A DNA stretch of 64,000 nt from an uncultured bacterium (GCA_963813815.1 CAWFAD010000016.1:384001-448000); one strand, 5' to 3'; numbered from the stretch's first letter, positions 49,398-59,976 are shown. Notes: generated from the sequence alone by a model not told the origin. Numbers and translations are program-made.

Positions 49398-50585
49398 CTA
49401 TTCGACGCCGTCGAAAACCGCTTCGTCGCGGCGTTCCGTGGGCACGAAGCTGATGCGCGCCTCGCCGAATCGGAAGGGGCGGCGGACCGTGAGAATGCTG
49501 TCCATCGAGCCCTCGATCGCCGTCTCTCCGAGCGGGTCTCCGGGAGCGACGTCGAGCGTCCAACCGGCGAACGCGTAGGTGCCGTAGAGCTCCGTGTACA
49601 GACAGCCCGCGAGCAGGCTCGAGAGAAGACAGAACATATTGTTGGAGCTCAACAGCCCGTTCTCATTGGTGCAGACGCTCCACGTGCGGCCGCGCGAGGG
49701 CAGCAGGTATCCGGGGCTATGATTTTCGAGGAGCCGGAAGAGCCCGTCCCGGTCGGTCCCGTACCACGGGTTGTTCGGGTAGAGCTCGTAGAAAATGCCG
49801 TTCAGGATCCCCGCCGTCTCCGCGTCCTCCTGGGGCGGGCGTCCGTTGCCGATCTGGATGAAATCGTCGCCGAGCCGCGCGCGTATGGCGCGGACGTACT
49901 CCTTTTGCCATTCGTAGAACAGCGCGCGCTCTTCCGCGTCGTCCTCGTGGCGGACGCCGTCCTCGTCGAAGTCGATCTCCCCGGCCATGGTCTCGCGCAC
50001 GAGCGGGTTGAGGTAGGCGTCGTACATGAAGTAGTCGTGCATGATCCCGTCGATGGCGCCGTTCGTCCGCTCCTGATACGCCGCGATGAGCTCGACCATC
50101 GTGTCGATGAGCGCCGTGTTCGGCTCGCCGTTCACGATCGGATCGAGCATGATGAGCCCGGGCCAGATGAGAACGGTGTCCTGCTCCGTCGTCCACGCCC
50201 AGTGTCCGCTCACCGCGTTGTAGTAATCGAGAACATAGGGGAGGACCTCCCTGAGGTAGGTCGTATCCGGGTAGAGGGCGAAAACGCTCATCATGCTCCG
50301 GTAGCCGATGATCAGGATGTCGGGGTTGAGGGCGTGGAGCTCGCCGAGCACTGCCTGCGATTCGGGGGAGAAGCACCGCTCCATGGGGAAGAAGATCATC
50401 TCGGCTTGCGCGGCCTGCCGGATCGTCGATTCGTCCCACTCGGCGAACGAGCTCCAGTGAACGACCGCTTTCTCGGGATACGCGGCGCCGGGCGCCGCCG
50501 CCGGCGGGTCGGGGGCCTCGTTCGGCGCGCAGGCCGCGAGCAGGGCGAGCGCGAGGGCCGAGAAGATGCGGAAACGATGATGCAT
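49398..50585 (-). CDS. Lipoprotein, putative glycoside hydrolase-like catalytic domain
   Basis: Lipobox LAAC; NPDILIIGY, DGIMHD, QIGNG, NGIFYE resemble a TIM-barrel GH (inference). Confidence 0.6.
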   Translation of the reverse strand: MHHRFRIFSALALALLAACAPNEAPDPPAAAPGAAYPEKAVVHWSSFAEWDESTIRQAAQAEMIFFPMERCFSPESQAVLGELHALNPDILIIGYRSMMSVFALYPDTTYLREVLPYVLDYYNAVSGHWAWTTEQDTVLIWPGLIMLDPIVNGEPNTALIDTMVELIAAYQERTNGAIDGIMHDYFMYDAYLNPLVRETMAGEIDFDEDGVRHEDDAEERALFYEWQKEYVRAIRARLGDDFIQIGNGRPPQEDAETAGILNGIFYELYPNNPWYGTDRDGLFRLLENHSPGYLLPSRGRTWSVCTNENGLLSSNNMFCLLSSLLAGCLYTELYGTYAFAGWTLDVAPGDPLGETAIEGSMDSILTVRRPFRFGEARISFVPTERRDEAVFDGVE

Positions 50586-50716
50586 AACGCCCGGCAGTCT
50601 TGCGTTGTCGTCGGGTCCCGGCCGCTCTGCCCGGCGGAACGATGGGAAACGACGCGGGAACGCGGGAAACAACCGGCAACCGGGAGGCCCCGGGCCGGCG
50701 CGCCCCCTGATGCACG

Positions 50717-50732
50717 TGCAGGAACGGTGCCC
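50717..50732 (-). promoter_or_regulatory. Candidate sigma54 -24/-12 promoter
   Basis: Minus strand GGGCACCGTTCCTGCA (GG-N10-GC) in the intergenic gap. Confidence 0.45.
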
Positions 50733-50795
50733 CTCCCGCGCGGATGGACGTCGACGGCCTGCTCCTTCCGGCGCCGCCGGAAGCGGAGATCAGCC

Positions 50796-51530
50796 TCAAC
50801 CGCCCCGCAGGTAGACGATCCGGAAGCGCGGACGCAGGCCGGGGATGGACGATTCGCGCAGGTGCGCCACGGCGAAGCGCTCCGAGAGAGGGGCGGCGAT
50901 CTTCAGCAGAACGCCGCTATTCGAGGCTGGGGCGGCGAGCCAGTCGCTCGCGAGCGCCGCGGGAATCGCGAACGCGACGACGGTGTCGCCGCTGATCCTC
51001 GCGCCGTCGAGCGGCTCGCCGTCGATGTCTCCTCCCTCCGTGCCCCACGACTCGGAGCCGTCGACCGTGAGCCACGAAACGCCGCCCGCGATTCCGTCGA
51101 AGCCCTCGATCCAGGGTCCGGAGGAGACCGGCGGGATGACCCGGTGCACCTCGATCGTGATCGACTCCGCGGGAGCGTCGTCGAACGCGATCGAGAGGCT
51201 CGAGGAGAGAACCGCGCCGCAGTCGGTGATCGAGGAGAGATCCACCTTGATGACGAGGCGCCGCTCGTAGAGCCCGCCGGCGAGGGGAACCGCGCCGACC
51301 GTGTCGAGGGGCACGTTTCCGTAGCACCGGTTCCTGAAGTCGCTCGTCGGTCCGTCCTTGAGAAACGCGTCCCGCGTGCCGTTGTACGAGGCGTCGGGGG
51401 AGACGCCGTCCTGGAAAACGACGATCGCCGTGTCGCCCGAGCCGGGAGCGTACACGACGTCGTTGTCCGCGCAGCCGGCGAGCGCCGCGACGGCGAGCGG
51501 CAGGGCGAGAAATGCCGCGCGGCGCGTCAT
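50796..51530 (-). CDS. DNRLRE-domain-like lipoprotein
   Basis: Lipobox LAGC; FQDGVSP..YNGTRDAFL, RRLVIKVDLS, NSGVLLK, RPRFRIVY. Confidence 0.7.
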   Translation of the reverse strand: MTRRAAFLALPLAVAALAGCADNDVVYAPGSGDTAIVVFQDGVSPDASYNGTRDAFLKDGPTSDFRNRCYGNVPLDTVGAVPLAGGLYERRLVIKVDLSSITDCGAVLSSSLSIAFDDAPAESITIEVHRVIPPVSSGPWIEGFDGIAGGVSWLTVDGSESWGTEGGDIDGEPLDGARISGDTVVAFAIPAALASDWLAAPASNSGVLLKIAAPLSERFAVAHLRESSIPGLRPRFRIVYLRGG

Positions 51531-51534
51531 GGAG

Positions 51535-52956
51535 CTACCTCTCCTTCGGAGAGCGGAAACTCTCGGGGTCGACGGCGTGCTTTTTCATGAGATCGTGGAG
51601 CGTGGGGCGGCTCACCTCGAGGCTCTCCGCGGCGGCCGACACGTTTCCCCGGGATCGCAGAAGCGCCGCGATGATGAGACGCCGCTCGAGATCGTCGCGC
51701 GCCTCCTTGAGCGAGGTCGGTTCGATGGGGGCGGAGGAAGCCGCCGCTCGTCCGCCGCGCCCCTCCGCGGAACCTTCGGGCTCCGGCAGGTCGAGGTCCT
51801 CCGGGTTGATGAGCTTCCCCGTCGCCATGATGACGGCGCGCTTCACGCGGTTTTCGAGCTCGCGGACGTTCCCCGGCCAGGGGTAGCGCCCGAGCGTGAT
51901 CTGGGCGCTCTCGCCGAATCCCCTCACGTTTCTCGAGTATTCCCGGTTGTAGAGGTGGAGGAACCGGGTCGCGAGCAGCAGGATGTCCTCGGCCCGCTCG
52001 CGGAGCGGCGGCAGCGCCACGTTCACGGTATTGATGCGATAGAACAGATCCTCGCGGAACGTGCCGTCGGCGAGCATCGAGGCGAGCTCGCGATTCGTCG
52101 CCGCTATGATCCGGACGTCGAGCTTCGTGGGCTCCCGGGCGCCGATGCGCTCGATGACGCGGTCCTGCAGAAATCGCAGTATCTTCACCTGGAGCGGCGG
52201 CGTGAGCTCGGCGATCTCGTCGAGAAAGATCGTGCCGCCGTCGGCCGTCTCGAATTTGCCCGGACGCGTTTCGAAGGCGCCGGTGAAGCTTCCTCGCTCG
52301 TGGCCGAAAAGCTCGCTCTCGAGAAGGTTCTCCGGTATGGCGCCGCAGTTGATGGGCACGAACGGGGCTTCGCGCCGCGGGCTCCGGCTGTGGATGGCCC
52401 GCGCGACGAGCTCCTTGCCCGTCCCGCTTTCCCCCGTGATGAGGATCGAGACGTCCGTCGCCGCGACCCGCTTGACCGTCTCGAACACGTCGAGCATCGG
52501 CTTCGAGATCGCGACGATCCCCTCGAACTCGTGCTTGTCGCTCTCCTTCCGCTTCAGCGAGAGCACCTCGGTCTCGATGGCGTAGAGATACGCCGCGCGG
52601 CGGAGGATGAGGCGCAGCTCGTCGCTCGGGATCGTTTTCGAGCAGAAATCGTAGGCCCCCTTCTCGATCGCCTTGAGCGCGTTCTCCCGCTCGTCGTGGC
52701 CGGTGAGGACGATCACCTTGATACTCGGATTGATGAGGAGGGCTTTCTCGAGGATGTCGAGCCCGGCGACGTTCCACGGCTCGCCGGTGAGGGAGAGATC
52801 GAGCAGCATGAGTCCGGGTTTCCGCGTCTTGACCGCGGCGATCGCCTCGGCGGCGTCGGCCGCGGTGACGATGCTGAAGTCGTTCTTGAACGCCCACTCG
52901 AGCTGTTTGCGGATCGCTTCCTCGTCGTCGACGATGAGCAGTGTCTTGGACGGCAT
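51535..52956 (-). CDS. prsR: Sigma54-dependent response regulator, PEP-CTERM-associated PrsR
   Basis: Receiver domain (IVDD, LLDLSL), GESGTGKE, SFTGA, WPGNVRELEN, Fis-type HTH; adjacent to prsK and exosortase. Confidence 0.88.
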   Translation of the reverse strand: MPSKTLLIVDDEEAIRKQLEWAFKNDFSIVTAADAAEAIAAVKTRKPGLMLLDLSLTGEPWNVAGLDILEKALLINPSIKVIVLTGHDERENALKAIEKGAYDFCSKTIPSDELRLILRRAAYLYAIETEVLSLKRKESDKHEFEGIVAISKPMLDVFETVKRVAATDVSILITGESGTGKELVARAIHSRSPRREAPFVPINCGAIPENLLESELFGHERGSFTGAFETRPGKFETADGGTIFLDEIAELTPPLQVKILRFLQDRVIERIGAREPTKLDVRIIAATNRELASMLADGTFREDLFYRINTVNVALPPLRERAEDILLLATRFLHLYNREYSRNVRGFGESAQITLGRYPWPGNVRELENRVKRAVIMATGKLINPEDLDLPEPEGSAEGRGGRAAASSAPIEPTSLKEARDDLERRLIIAALLRSRGNVSAAAESLEVSRPTLHDLMKKHAVDPESFRSPKER

Positions 52957-52959
52957 CGA

Positions 52960-55066
52960 ATATCCAGCTCCTCGCCGCCGGCAGAGCGGGCAGCGTGACG
53001 GTCACGGTCGCTCCGGCGGCCGGCGCGCTCTCGATCGAGACGTTCCCGCCGTGCGCCTCGACGAGCGATTTGCAGAGAACGAGCCCGACGCCGAGGCCCT
53101 TCTTCTTCGTGCTGTGAAACGGATGAAAGAGGTGCTCCTTCAGGTAGTCGGGATCGAATCCCGGCCCCGAGTCCTTCACGGTGATGCGGGCCCAAGAGTC
53201 GTCGATCGCGGTCGACGGAGACGCCGATCGTCCCGCCCGGTTCCGCCGCTTCGACGGCGTTGAGCATCAGATTCTCGATGATACGGGTGATCGCCGGCGT
53301 CGTCGGCGCTGGCCCGGACGCCCGACTCCACCGCCGGCTCGACGCGCGAGGCCTTTCTGCGCAGCGAACGGCTCCAGATCGCCCGCCGCGCGTTCCACGA
53401 GCGAGGATAGGTCGATCTCCGTTTTCGCGATCGTCGACGGCAGCTTGCGGACGGTGAGGGAGGTGATGAGGCTCTGCATCTTCTCGACGGAACGCTGGAT
53501 CGTTTCGAGCGCGTCGCTCTGGAACTCGGGGTTTCCGATGTTGACGCGGGCGTTCTCGGCGATGAGCGAGAGCATTCCGACCGTGTTCTTGAGGTCGTGA
53601 ATGACGAAGGAGGAGAACCGGTTGAACGACTCCATCTGGCGCGATTCGATGATGCGCTCCTCCATGATCATCTTGTCGAGCGCGAGCTTCGCCCGGTAGG
53701 CGACGATCGAGAGAAAATCTTCGTCCTCGTCCGTGAAGGATCGGCCGAACTCCATCTCGCCGAGCGCGATGATGCCGCGCGTGTCGACGCCCTGCCCGAG
53801 CCTCGCCGCGAGGCGAATCCACGACCAGTCGTCCCCTCCCGCGGCTTCTCCGCCGGAAGCGCCGCGCGGTCTCTCGAGGGGCCGCTTGAGCACGATGACC
53901 GGCCGTTCGGCCGTGCGCCGCAGCAGCTCCTCGACGAGCTCCGGGTCGATCTCTTCTCTCGCGAAACCGTAGAATCCCGCCTTGCCGGCGCCGGCATTCA
54001 CCCAAAAGAGACCGCGCCGCACGGCCATCGTGTCGCAGATCGAGCTCGTGACATTCGAAAGGAACTCCTCGATCGACGCGCCCGTTTCCATGATCTCCGC
54101 GTAGCGCCGCCATTCCTTGCGGTAGTTGTACCGCTGAAGGTAGAAGCTCTCGTTGAAAAAGGTGCGGAAGCGGCGTTTTGCCTTGCCCGAGATCAGGAGG
54201 GCGAGCAGCAGGAAGACGCCGAAAATGCCGAGAACGGTGACGAGATAGCGGTCGTACGGAAGACCGAGGATGCGCGCGAAGAGCGTTATGAGGCCGAGGG
54301 AGAGGAGATAGAGCGCCGAAACCGTGACGCTCACCAGCGAGGGTTGTCCGCCCCTCGGCGCCGCGATTCTGAGATCGAAGAGCGGGTAGCGCAGCGACGC
54401 GTAGAGAAACGACGCGCAGAGCGCGATGACGCCGCACGAATGGATGGCGATGCCGTCGTGATCGATGGTCGCGATCGCGAGCACGGAGCTCATGACGGCG
54501 ACGTTGATCACGGAAACGGTGAGAATGCCGAGGAAGGGATACTTGAGGGTGACCTTGTCGGCGACCGACGCCGCGCGGTACGCGTTTTCGAAGAGATGCA
54601 GGAAGAGGATGTTGGCGAGGATCAAATACGCGGCCGCCGCTTTGCCGGCGGGAGTGAAGGTGAGCCCCCAGAACGCGCCGTCGTCGGTGAAATGGACGAG
54701 CGCCACGAAGAGTCTGGCCGGAAGGACGGCGACCGCGGCCGCGATCAACGCGGTGAACGCCGCGATCCACGGCATCCGCCGGACGAGGATATCCCCCGGA
54801 TTCCGGCGCGCGAAGGAGCCGAAAAAGGGAATCGCGAGCGCGGGAAAAAAGACGAGCAGCGCGAGCGCCGTTCTTCCGTGGGCGAGCGCCCGGGCGGGAT
54901 CGCGCGAGAGAAGCATGAGAAGGATCGATGCGTGGGACGCGGCGAGGACCGCCGCCGCGAGAACGAAGAGGCGCCGCCGCGGGCTCCCGTGCGCTCGCAG
55001 GTGGAAGGCGATCACCGCCGCGAGCAGCGCGAGCGAGGCCAGCGTGAGCAGCGCCGGGAGGTTCAC
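52960..55066 (-). CDS. prsK: Membrane histidine kinase PrsK-like; HATPase domain split by several frameshifts, 3' end approximate
   Basis: Multi-TM N-terminus, RYNYRKEW, GAF-like region, H-box FVIHDLKN; N-box ENLMLNAVEA and G-boxes KDSGPG/GLGVGL lie in two other frames. Confidence 0.8.
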
Positions 55067-56578
55067 CGCCGGCCTCCCCGGAGACGCTCCAGCTCGTCAC
55101 CGGCGACGCGCGCGAGCTCGGTGCCGGGGTATTTCGCGACGCAGGCCTCGAGGATGCGCGCGGCGCCTTCGGCGTCCGCGAGCTCGCGCTCGTGAATCGA
55201 GGCGGCCCGCAGGTAATTCTCCCGGAACGGCGAATAGTCCGGATAGCGGTCGGGGAGCTTGACGAGCAGCTCGGCGGCCTCGCGCCAGCGCTTCCGCTCG
55301 GCGAGGGTGCGAACGACGTATTCCTCGGCCATGATGCGGGTGCTCTGCCGCCGCTGTTCGCCGGCGAGCTTTTCGTAGTGGGCGAGCGCCCGGTCGTACG
55401 CCGCCGTCGCCGCGTCGGGTTCCCCCTTCGAGACGTACGCGCGGGCGACGCGGAGCGGCGCCTCGAAGCCGCGGAGCGTTTCGGGGTAATCCGCGTAGAT
55501 CGCCTTGTAGCGCAGCGACGCCTCTTCCCAGCGCCCCTCGCGCTCGTCCATCTGGGCGAGCTGCCAGGACGCCTCGACCGCCTCTCCCGGCCGGCCGGAG
55601 TAGGAGTCGATTACCCGCTCGTAGAGAGCGCGCGCGCCGCCGGGGCGCCCGGCGCCGCGATCGATGAGCGCGGCTGCGAGCAGCGCCGCCGGCGCTTCGC
55701 GTTCCCGCGGATATCGCTCGGCGATCGAGACGAACGTCGCGCGGGCTTCCGCCGGGCGGCCGAGCCCGTTCTCCTGTATCGTGGCCTCGATGAACAGAAC
55801 GGAGGAGACGTCCCGGGGCTCCGGGTACCGCTCCCGAAGCTCCCGTGCCAGAGCGAGCCCGCGGGTCCAACTCTTGCGCTGCAGGTGGACGGTCAAAAGG
55901 TTGAATCTCGCTTCCTTGAGAATCCGCGGATCCTTTTCGATGGCGATGACGCGCGAGTACACGTTCTCCGCCTCGCGATACCAGCGCGCGGCCTCGTCCG
56001 CTCGTCCCGCGCGAGTGGCGAGATCGGCCAGCTTGAGCGGAGTCACGAGGTAGCGCGGGTTCATGCGCGCCGTGGCGGCGGCGAGTCGACGGGGAGAAAC
56101 TCGCGGGGAATCGCTCGTAGAATCCGGCGGCAGCGCCGCTTTCGCCGAGCTCCTCCGAGATGACGCCCGCCGAGTAGAGGGCGTTCGCGCGCGCGGCGGG
56201 GAGCGCTCGCGAGCTCGATCGCCTTCTCGAAATCGCTCCGCGATTCCCGGAGCAACCGCGCGCGGAACTCGAGCTCGGCGAGCTCCATCTGCGCGGTGAC
56301 GACGATCTCCTCGATCTCCCTCGAGCAGCCGGCGGAGCCGCGTACTCGCGCACGATGCCGCGGTAGGCGTCGGCGGCTCCGGCCAGAAACTCGGGCCGCA
56401 TGCCGCCTTCGGCGAGGTTTTCTCTGAGAGAGCGCGCCTTGAAGAGCCTCTTTTCCGCGGCGTAGCGTTCGTCGCCGCTCCGCGAGCCGCAGGCGCCGAG
56501 CAGCACGAGCGCCGCGAGAGCGCAGGCGGCTGCCGGCGCGCTCCGCGCGCGCGGTCTCCGTCCGTCAGCGTGCGTCAT
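55063..56578 (-). CDS. Tetratricopeptide-repeat lipoprotein, frameshifted at about 56060-56340
   Basis: Lipobox LGAC; TPR helices ending in YP; coding sense switches among ORFs 55097-56578, 56061-56288 and 55063-56064. Confidence 0.7.
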
Positions 56579-57402
56579 TTTTTTTCCTCTTTCAGGCGCG
56601 TGGCGAGAAAGTAGATCGTGAGTCCTCCCACGAGGAGGTACCCGCTCGCGAATTCCACGAGCTCTCCGGCGATCCGCACGTGCACGAGAAACTCGGGGGA
56701 AATCCGGAACGCGATCGTCCGGGGATCGAGGGTGAGGAGCATCGTCGGCAGCGCGACGACGAACGGCACGGCGACGAGCGTGATGGATTCGGCGAAATGC
56801 CGCGCCGCGAAACCGGCGCTCCTTCTCGTCGCATCGATCGCGGAACGTCCCTCGAGAACGATGAACGGAATGGCGTACAGGAAAAGCGCCTGCACGGCGA
56901 TGCTCAGGGCTATGCCGATCGCGAGCCTTCCGGCGTCCGGGATTCCCGGCAGGCGGGCGAGGAGAGAGGCGGGATACCGGAACGCCGCGAAAAGAGCCGC
57001 CGAGGCGATTCCCGTCGCCGCGGCAAGGTGAAAGTAGCGCGCCCGCGCCGTCAGGCGACCGCCCGCACGGCGGGGCGTTCGCCCGTCTCGCGAGCGCGAC
57101 GAGGAGAACGGTCGCGGCCTGCAGGACGAGAGAGCGAGTATCTCGAGCGGGATGTCGAGCCGCCCGAGAACGATCGGCATGACGATGAGCCGGTCGGGGT
57201 AGTGCGAGAGCGCCTCGGCGCTCGATCCGGGCAGCAGGATTTTCCAGAAGGCGTCCGCGGGCCCGGACCGTCCGTAAGCGTAGAGGACGATGAGGGAGAG
57301 CTTGAGAAGGAAATAGAGCGCGAGCGGGCCCGCGACGAAGCCGTGGCGGAGGAGGCCGATCGCGGCGCCGAACGCCTTCAGGACACGCGCTATTGCGGTC
57401 AC
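56575..57402 (-). CDS. Hypothetical integral membrane protein (compensating frameshifts near 57050-57135)
   Basis: GTG start overlapping the epsI stop; several TM helices; one helix (LVLQAATVLLVALA) lies in an alternate frame. Confidence 0.6.
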   Translation of the reverse strand: MTAIARVLKAFGAAIGLLRHGFVAGPLALYFLLKLSLIVLYAYGRSGPADAFWKILLPGSSAEALSHYPDRLIVMPIVLGRLDIPLEILALSSCRPRPFSSSRSRDGRTPRRAGGRLTARARYFHLAAATGIASAALFAAFRYPASLLARLPGIPDAGRLAIGIALSIAVQALFLYAIPFIVLEGRSAIDATRRSAGFAARHFAESITLVAVPFVVALPTMLLTLDPRTIAFRISPEFLVHVRIAGELVEFASGYLLVGGLTIYFLATRLKEEKK

Positions 57403-58097
57403 GATCCTTCTCTCCCCCGGCGCGGCTCCGAGGACGGTGTTCCGCCGCCGATGCGGGCCGGCGTTATATCGATGTGAGGAGCGATCTCCCCGGCGAAGCG
57501 GACGAGCGCCCGCTCGGTCTCTTCGATGTTCCCGTTCGCCCCGATCTCCGTCGAAAAACGGACGAAGACGGTCGCCCGCGGCCGCCCGAGAAGCGAGCTC
57601 TTCATCTGACTCCATTTGAGCGCGAACTCGTCCGCGAGGACGCCGTCCGCCGCAAGATACCAGTATAGAACAAATTGCCGCTCGACGCCATTCGAGATGA
57701 GGAGCCTTCCGGCCCTCCAAGCGGCCCCTCCTGCGGCGACCGGGGACCTTCCCTCCTCGAGGATGTTCCAGCCCGATCCCGGGTAGCAGTGTTTGGGCGA
57801 ATGAATCTGGGAGTTCTCATGGGGCGCGGCGAAATACCCGATGAAGAGCCGTATCGGCGGCTCGCCGGCGCGGCGGTACGTGCGGACGAGCGTCGCGTCG
57901 GCTCCGAGAACGTCGAGCGTGTTTTCGTCGAGCGCCTCGTCGTCGGCCGCGTAGCCGGCGATCTCGGGGGGGATGCGCTCGAGCGCCGGGGGCGGCGGCG
58001 CCTCGACGCGGCGATAGCGCATCGTGAAGGTGTACGCGATGAGCGCCGCGAGTAGGGCGATTATCGCCGCGTACGCTGTTTTCTTCCCTGCAACCAT
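57399..58097 (-). CDS. epsI: EpsI family exosortase-associated protein
   Basis: N-terminal TM; LFIGYF, IHSPKHCYPGSGW, VLYWY, FVRFS. Confidence 0.88.
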   Translation of the reverse strand: MVAGKKTAYAAIIALLAALIAYTFTMRYRRVEAPPPPALERIPPEIAGYAADDEALDENTLDVLGADATLVRTYRRAGEPPIRLFIGYFAAPHENSQIHSPKHCYPGSGWNILEEGRSPVAAGGAAWRAGRLLISNGVERQFVLYWYLAADGVLADEFALKWSQMKSSLLGRPRATVFVRFSTEIGANGNIEETERALVRFAGEIAPHIDITPARIGGGTPSSEPRRGREGS

Positions 58098-58936
58098 GCG
58101 AGCGCGCTCCAGACGACGAGCAGCATGACGAAACCCGTGCCGAACACGATGAGCCCCGAGACTTCGTGAAGGACTCCGTCCGCGAAGGCCGGCCCGGCCA
58201 CGCGGGCTCCGACCGCGGTGAGCGCGAGCCGGATCGCATTGGCGGCGATCGCTATGGGGACGGAGGAAACGGCGAGAATCGCGCGGGCGCCCGCTGCGAG
58301 CCTCGATGCGGCGCAGAGAACGAGCGCGAGCGTCACGAGCGTCATGAGGGAGCGCAGCCCGCTGCACGCCGCGACCACCTCGAACGTATAGTCGGGGAGA
58401 ACGAGGATGTTGCCGCGGCGGATGACCTCGAACCCGATGCCGTGCAGCGCCCCGGCGGCGAGCTTCGCGCTCAGTATCTGCATCGGAAATGTGACCCGGT
58501 AATAGATGATGTAGGGGAGAGGGATCATCAGAAAGAGAAAGAGGAGCGGAAAGGCGAGGGCGCGGACGAACGCCGCGCCCCGCAGCAGAAGCAGAATCCC
58601 GATGAGCATGAGCGGGAGCGAGAGGCGCGCCGCGAAGAGCTCCGAGGCGGCCGTTCCCGCGACGAGAAGCGCGGCCGCGAGGGCGAGAATCATTGCTCCC
58701 GCCGCCGGGGCGCCCTCCCCGGCCGCCGAGCGGAGGATATCGCGTCTTCGCCAAAGGAAGTAGGCCGAGACGAACGGCACCGCGAGCCCGTGCTGGTAGT
58801 TCGGGTCGAGAACGAGCTGCCTCGCGAGCGGAACGAGCACGGGAAGGTAGAGCGCGACAAAAAGCGCCGCCACAACGAACGCCGCGGCGCCCGGCTTCGC
58901 GGGCGGCCCGGCCATCTCTCTCGCTGCTCCGCGCAT
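58061..58936 (-). CDS. xrt: Exosortase (EpsH family)
   Basis: YQHG, FLFLMIPLP, VVAACSGLRSL (Cys), NAIR (Arg), LHE (His); multiple TM helices. Confidence 0.92.
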   Translation of the reverse strand: MRGAAREMAGPPAKPGAAAFVVAALFVALYLPVLVPLARQLVLDPNYQHGLAVPFVSAYFLWRRRDILRSAAGEGAPAAGAMILALAAALLVAGTAASELFAARLSLPLMLIGILLLLRGAAFVRALAFPLLFLFLMIPLPYIIYYRVTFPMQILSAKLAAGALHGIGFEVIRRGNILVLPDYTFEVVAACSGLRSLMTLVTLALVLCAASRLAAGARAILAVSSVPIAIAANAIRLALTAVGARVAGPAFADGVLHEVSGLIVFGTGFVMLLVVWSALAWLQGRKQRTRR

Positions 58937-59016
58937 GGCGTACCCTCCTCCCCGCCTATTTCTAAACCGCCTGCGCCCATCATACAAGCGAAATGGGGCT
59001 TTGCTGAAGGAACGGC

Positions 59017-59053
59017 AAAAAAAAGAGCGGACGCTGCAGCAAGCGCCCGCTCT
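59017..59053 (-). terminator. Intrinsic terminator of the PEP-CTERM gene
   Basis: Minus strand GAGCGGGCGC/GCGTCCGCTC stem followed by T8. Confidence 0.8.
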
Positions 59054-59080
59054 CGCACCAGAATATGGAGAAGGAGTTTC

Positions 59081-59791
59081 TTACTCCTTTTTCCTCCTCA
59101 GTATGGGGACCATGCCGAGGAGTCCGAGACCGAGAAGGCTCAACGTGCCCGGCTCGGGGACCGCGCCGTAGTAGGAAGCGTCGCGCGAGTAGGCGTTCAC
59201 GTACGTCTCGCCGTTCGCGTCGATCCCCACCGCGTCGAAGTGAACCCAATCATAACCGCTCACGATGACGTTGACAAGGATTTCGTCGCCCCACCCGGGG
59301 GTATTGATCGTGCCGTGCGCGTAGTTCAGCGCGTTTACCTGATCGTTGTCGACGCGGCCGAGCTCATAGAACTTGAAGGCTCCCGCGTCGCCGGCCGGCG
59401 AATGGTACTGCAGGGACGGGTTCGCCTGAATGGCGCTCGGAACCGCCGCGCCATACACGTCGAAGCTCAGTATCTCTATGCCGTTGATGTAAATGTTTCC
59501 GCTCTGCCCCTCGGGCGTCGCGATCATGAGCCAGGTGTCGAGATACTCGTAAACCGGCTCGCCCCTGAAGGTGAGAGATCCCCCGCCTTCGCCGCTCGCC
59601 GGATTCCAGTACCCCACTACCTTGAGATCGAAGGTCGAGTTGTGCGTGACCCAGGTCGCATACTCCCGCTGATAAATATGGTAGTAGTCCGAGCCCGTAA
59701 TGTAGGTCTGAAGCCTCGGCACCGATCCCGCGGATACGGCGAGGAGCATTGCGATCGTCATTGTAACTGTCAGTTTAGCAATCGGTTTCAT
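59081..59791 (-). CDS. PEP-CTERM sorting-domain protein (body resembles choice-of-anchor N)
   Basis: Signal peptide; C-terminal VPEPGTLSLLGLGLLGMVPILRRKKE; LQTYI..., WVHFDA, YSRDA. Confidence 0.92.
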   Translation of the reverse strand: MKPIAKLTVTMTIAMLLAVSAGSVPRLQTYITGSDYYHIYQREYATWVTHNSTFDLKVVGYWNPASGEGGGSLTFRGEPVYEYLDTWLMIATPEGQSGNIYINGIEILSFDVYGAAVPSAIQANPSLQYHSPAGDAGAFKFYELGRVDNDQVNALNYAHGTINTPGWGDEILVNVIVSGYDWVHFDAVGIDANGETYVNAYSRDASYYGAVPEPGTLSLLGLGLLGMVPILRRKKE

Positions 59792-59861
59792 TCTAAGGCC
59801 CCTTCTGGATGTCGACTTTCGTTATAATTGCCCTCCAAAATGTCTTTTCACCGGTAATGAT

Positions 59862-59877
59862 TGCAAGCGCCGTACCC
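59862..59877 (-). promoter_or_regulatory. Sigma54 -24/-12 promoter of the PEP-CTERM gene
   Basis: Minus strand GGGTACGGCGCTTGCA (GG-N10-GC, TTGCA). Confidence 0.75.
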
Positions 59878-59959
59878 TTTCATGACCAAAGCTTATGTTA
59901 TTAAAATACAAAAGGTTGCCTCAACTAAAATCAAGGGCGATATTCCCCAAATTTAAAAT

Positions 59960-59976
59960 TGTAAAAAATTCCGACA
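59960..59976 (-). promoter_or_regulatory. PEP-CTERM box / putative PrsR enhancer
   Basis: Minus strand TGTCGGAATTTTTTACA (TGT-N11-ACA ending TTTACA), about 83 nt upstream of the -24 element. Confidence 0.7.

Noticed and set aside
52950..53350. Programmed frameshifting or a PrsK-PrsR fusion
   Set aside because: Several shifts would be required with no slippery sites, and neighbouring genes show the same indel pattern
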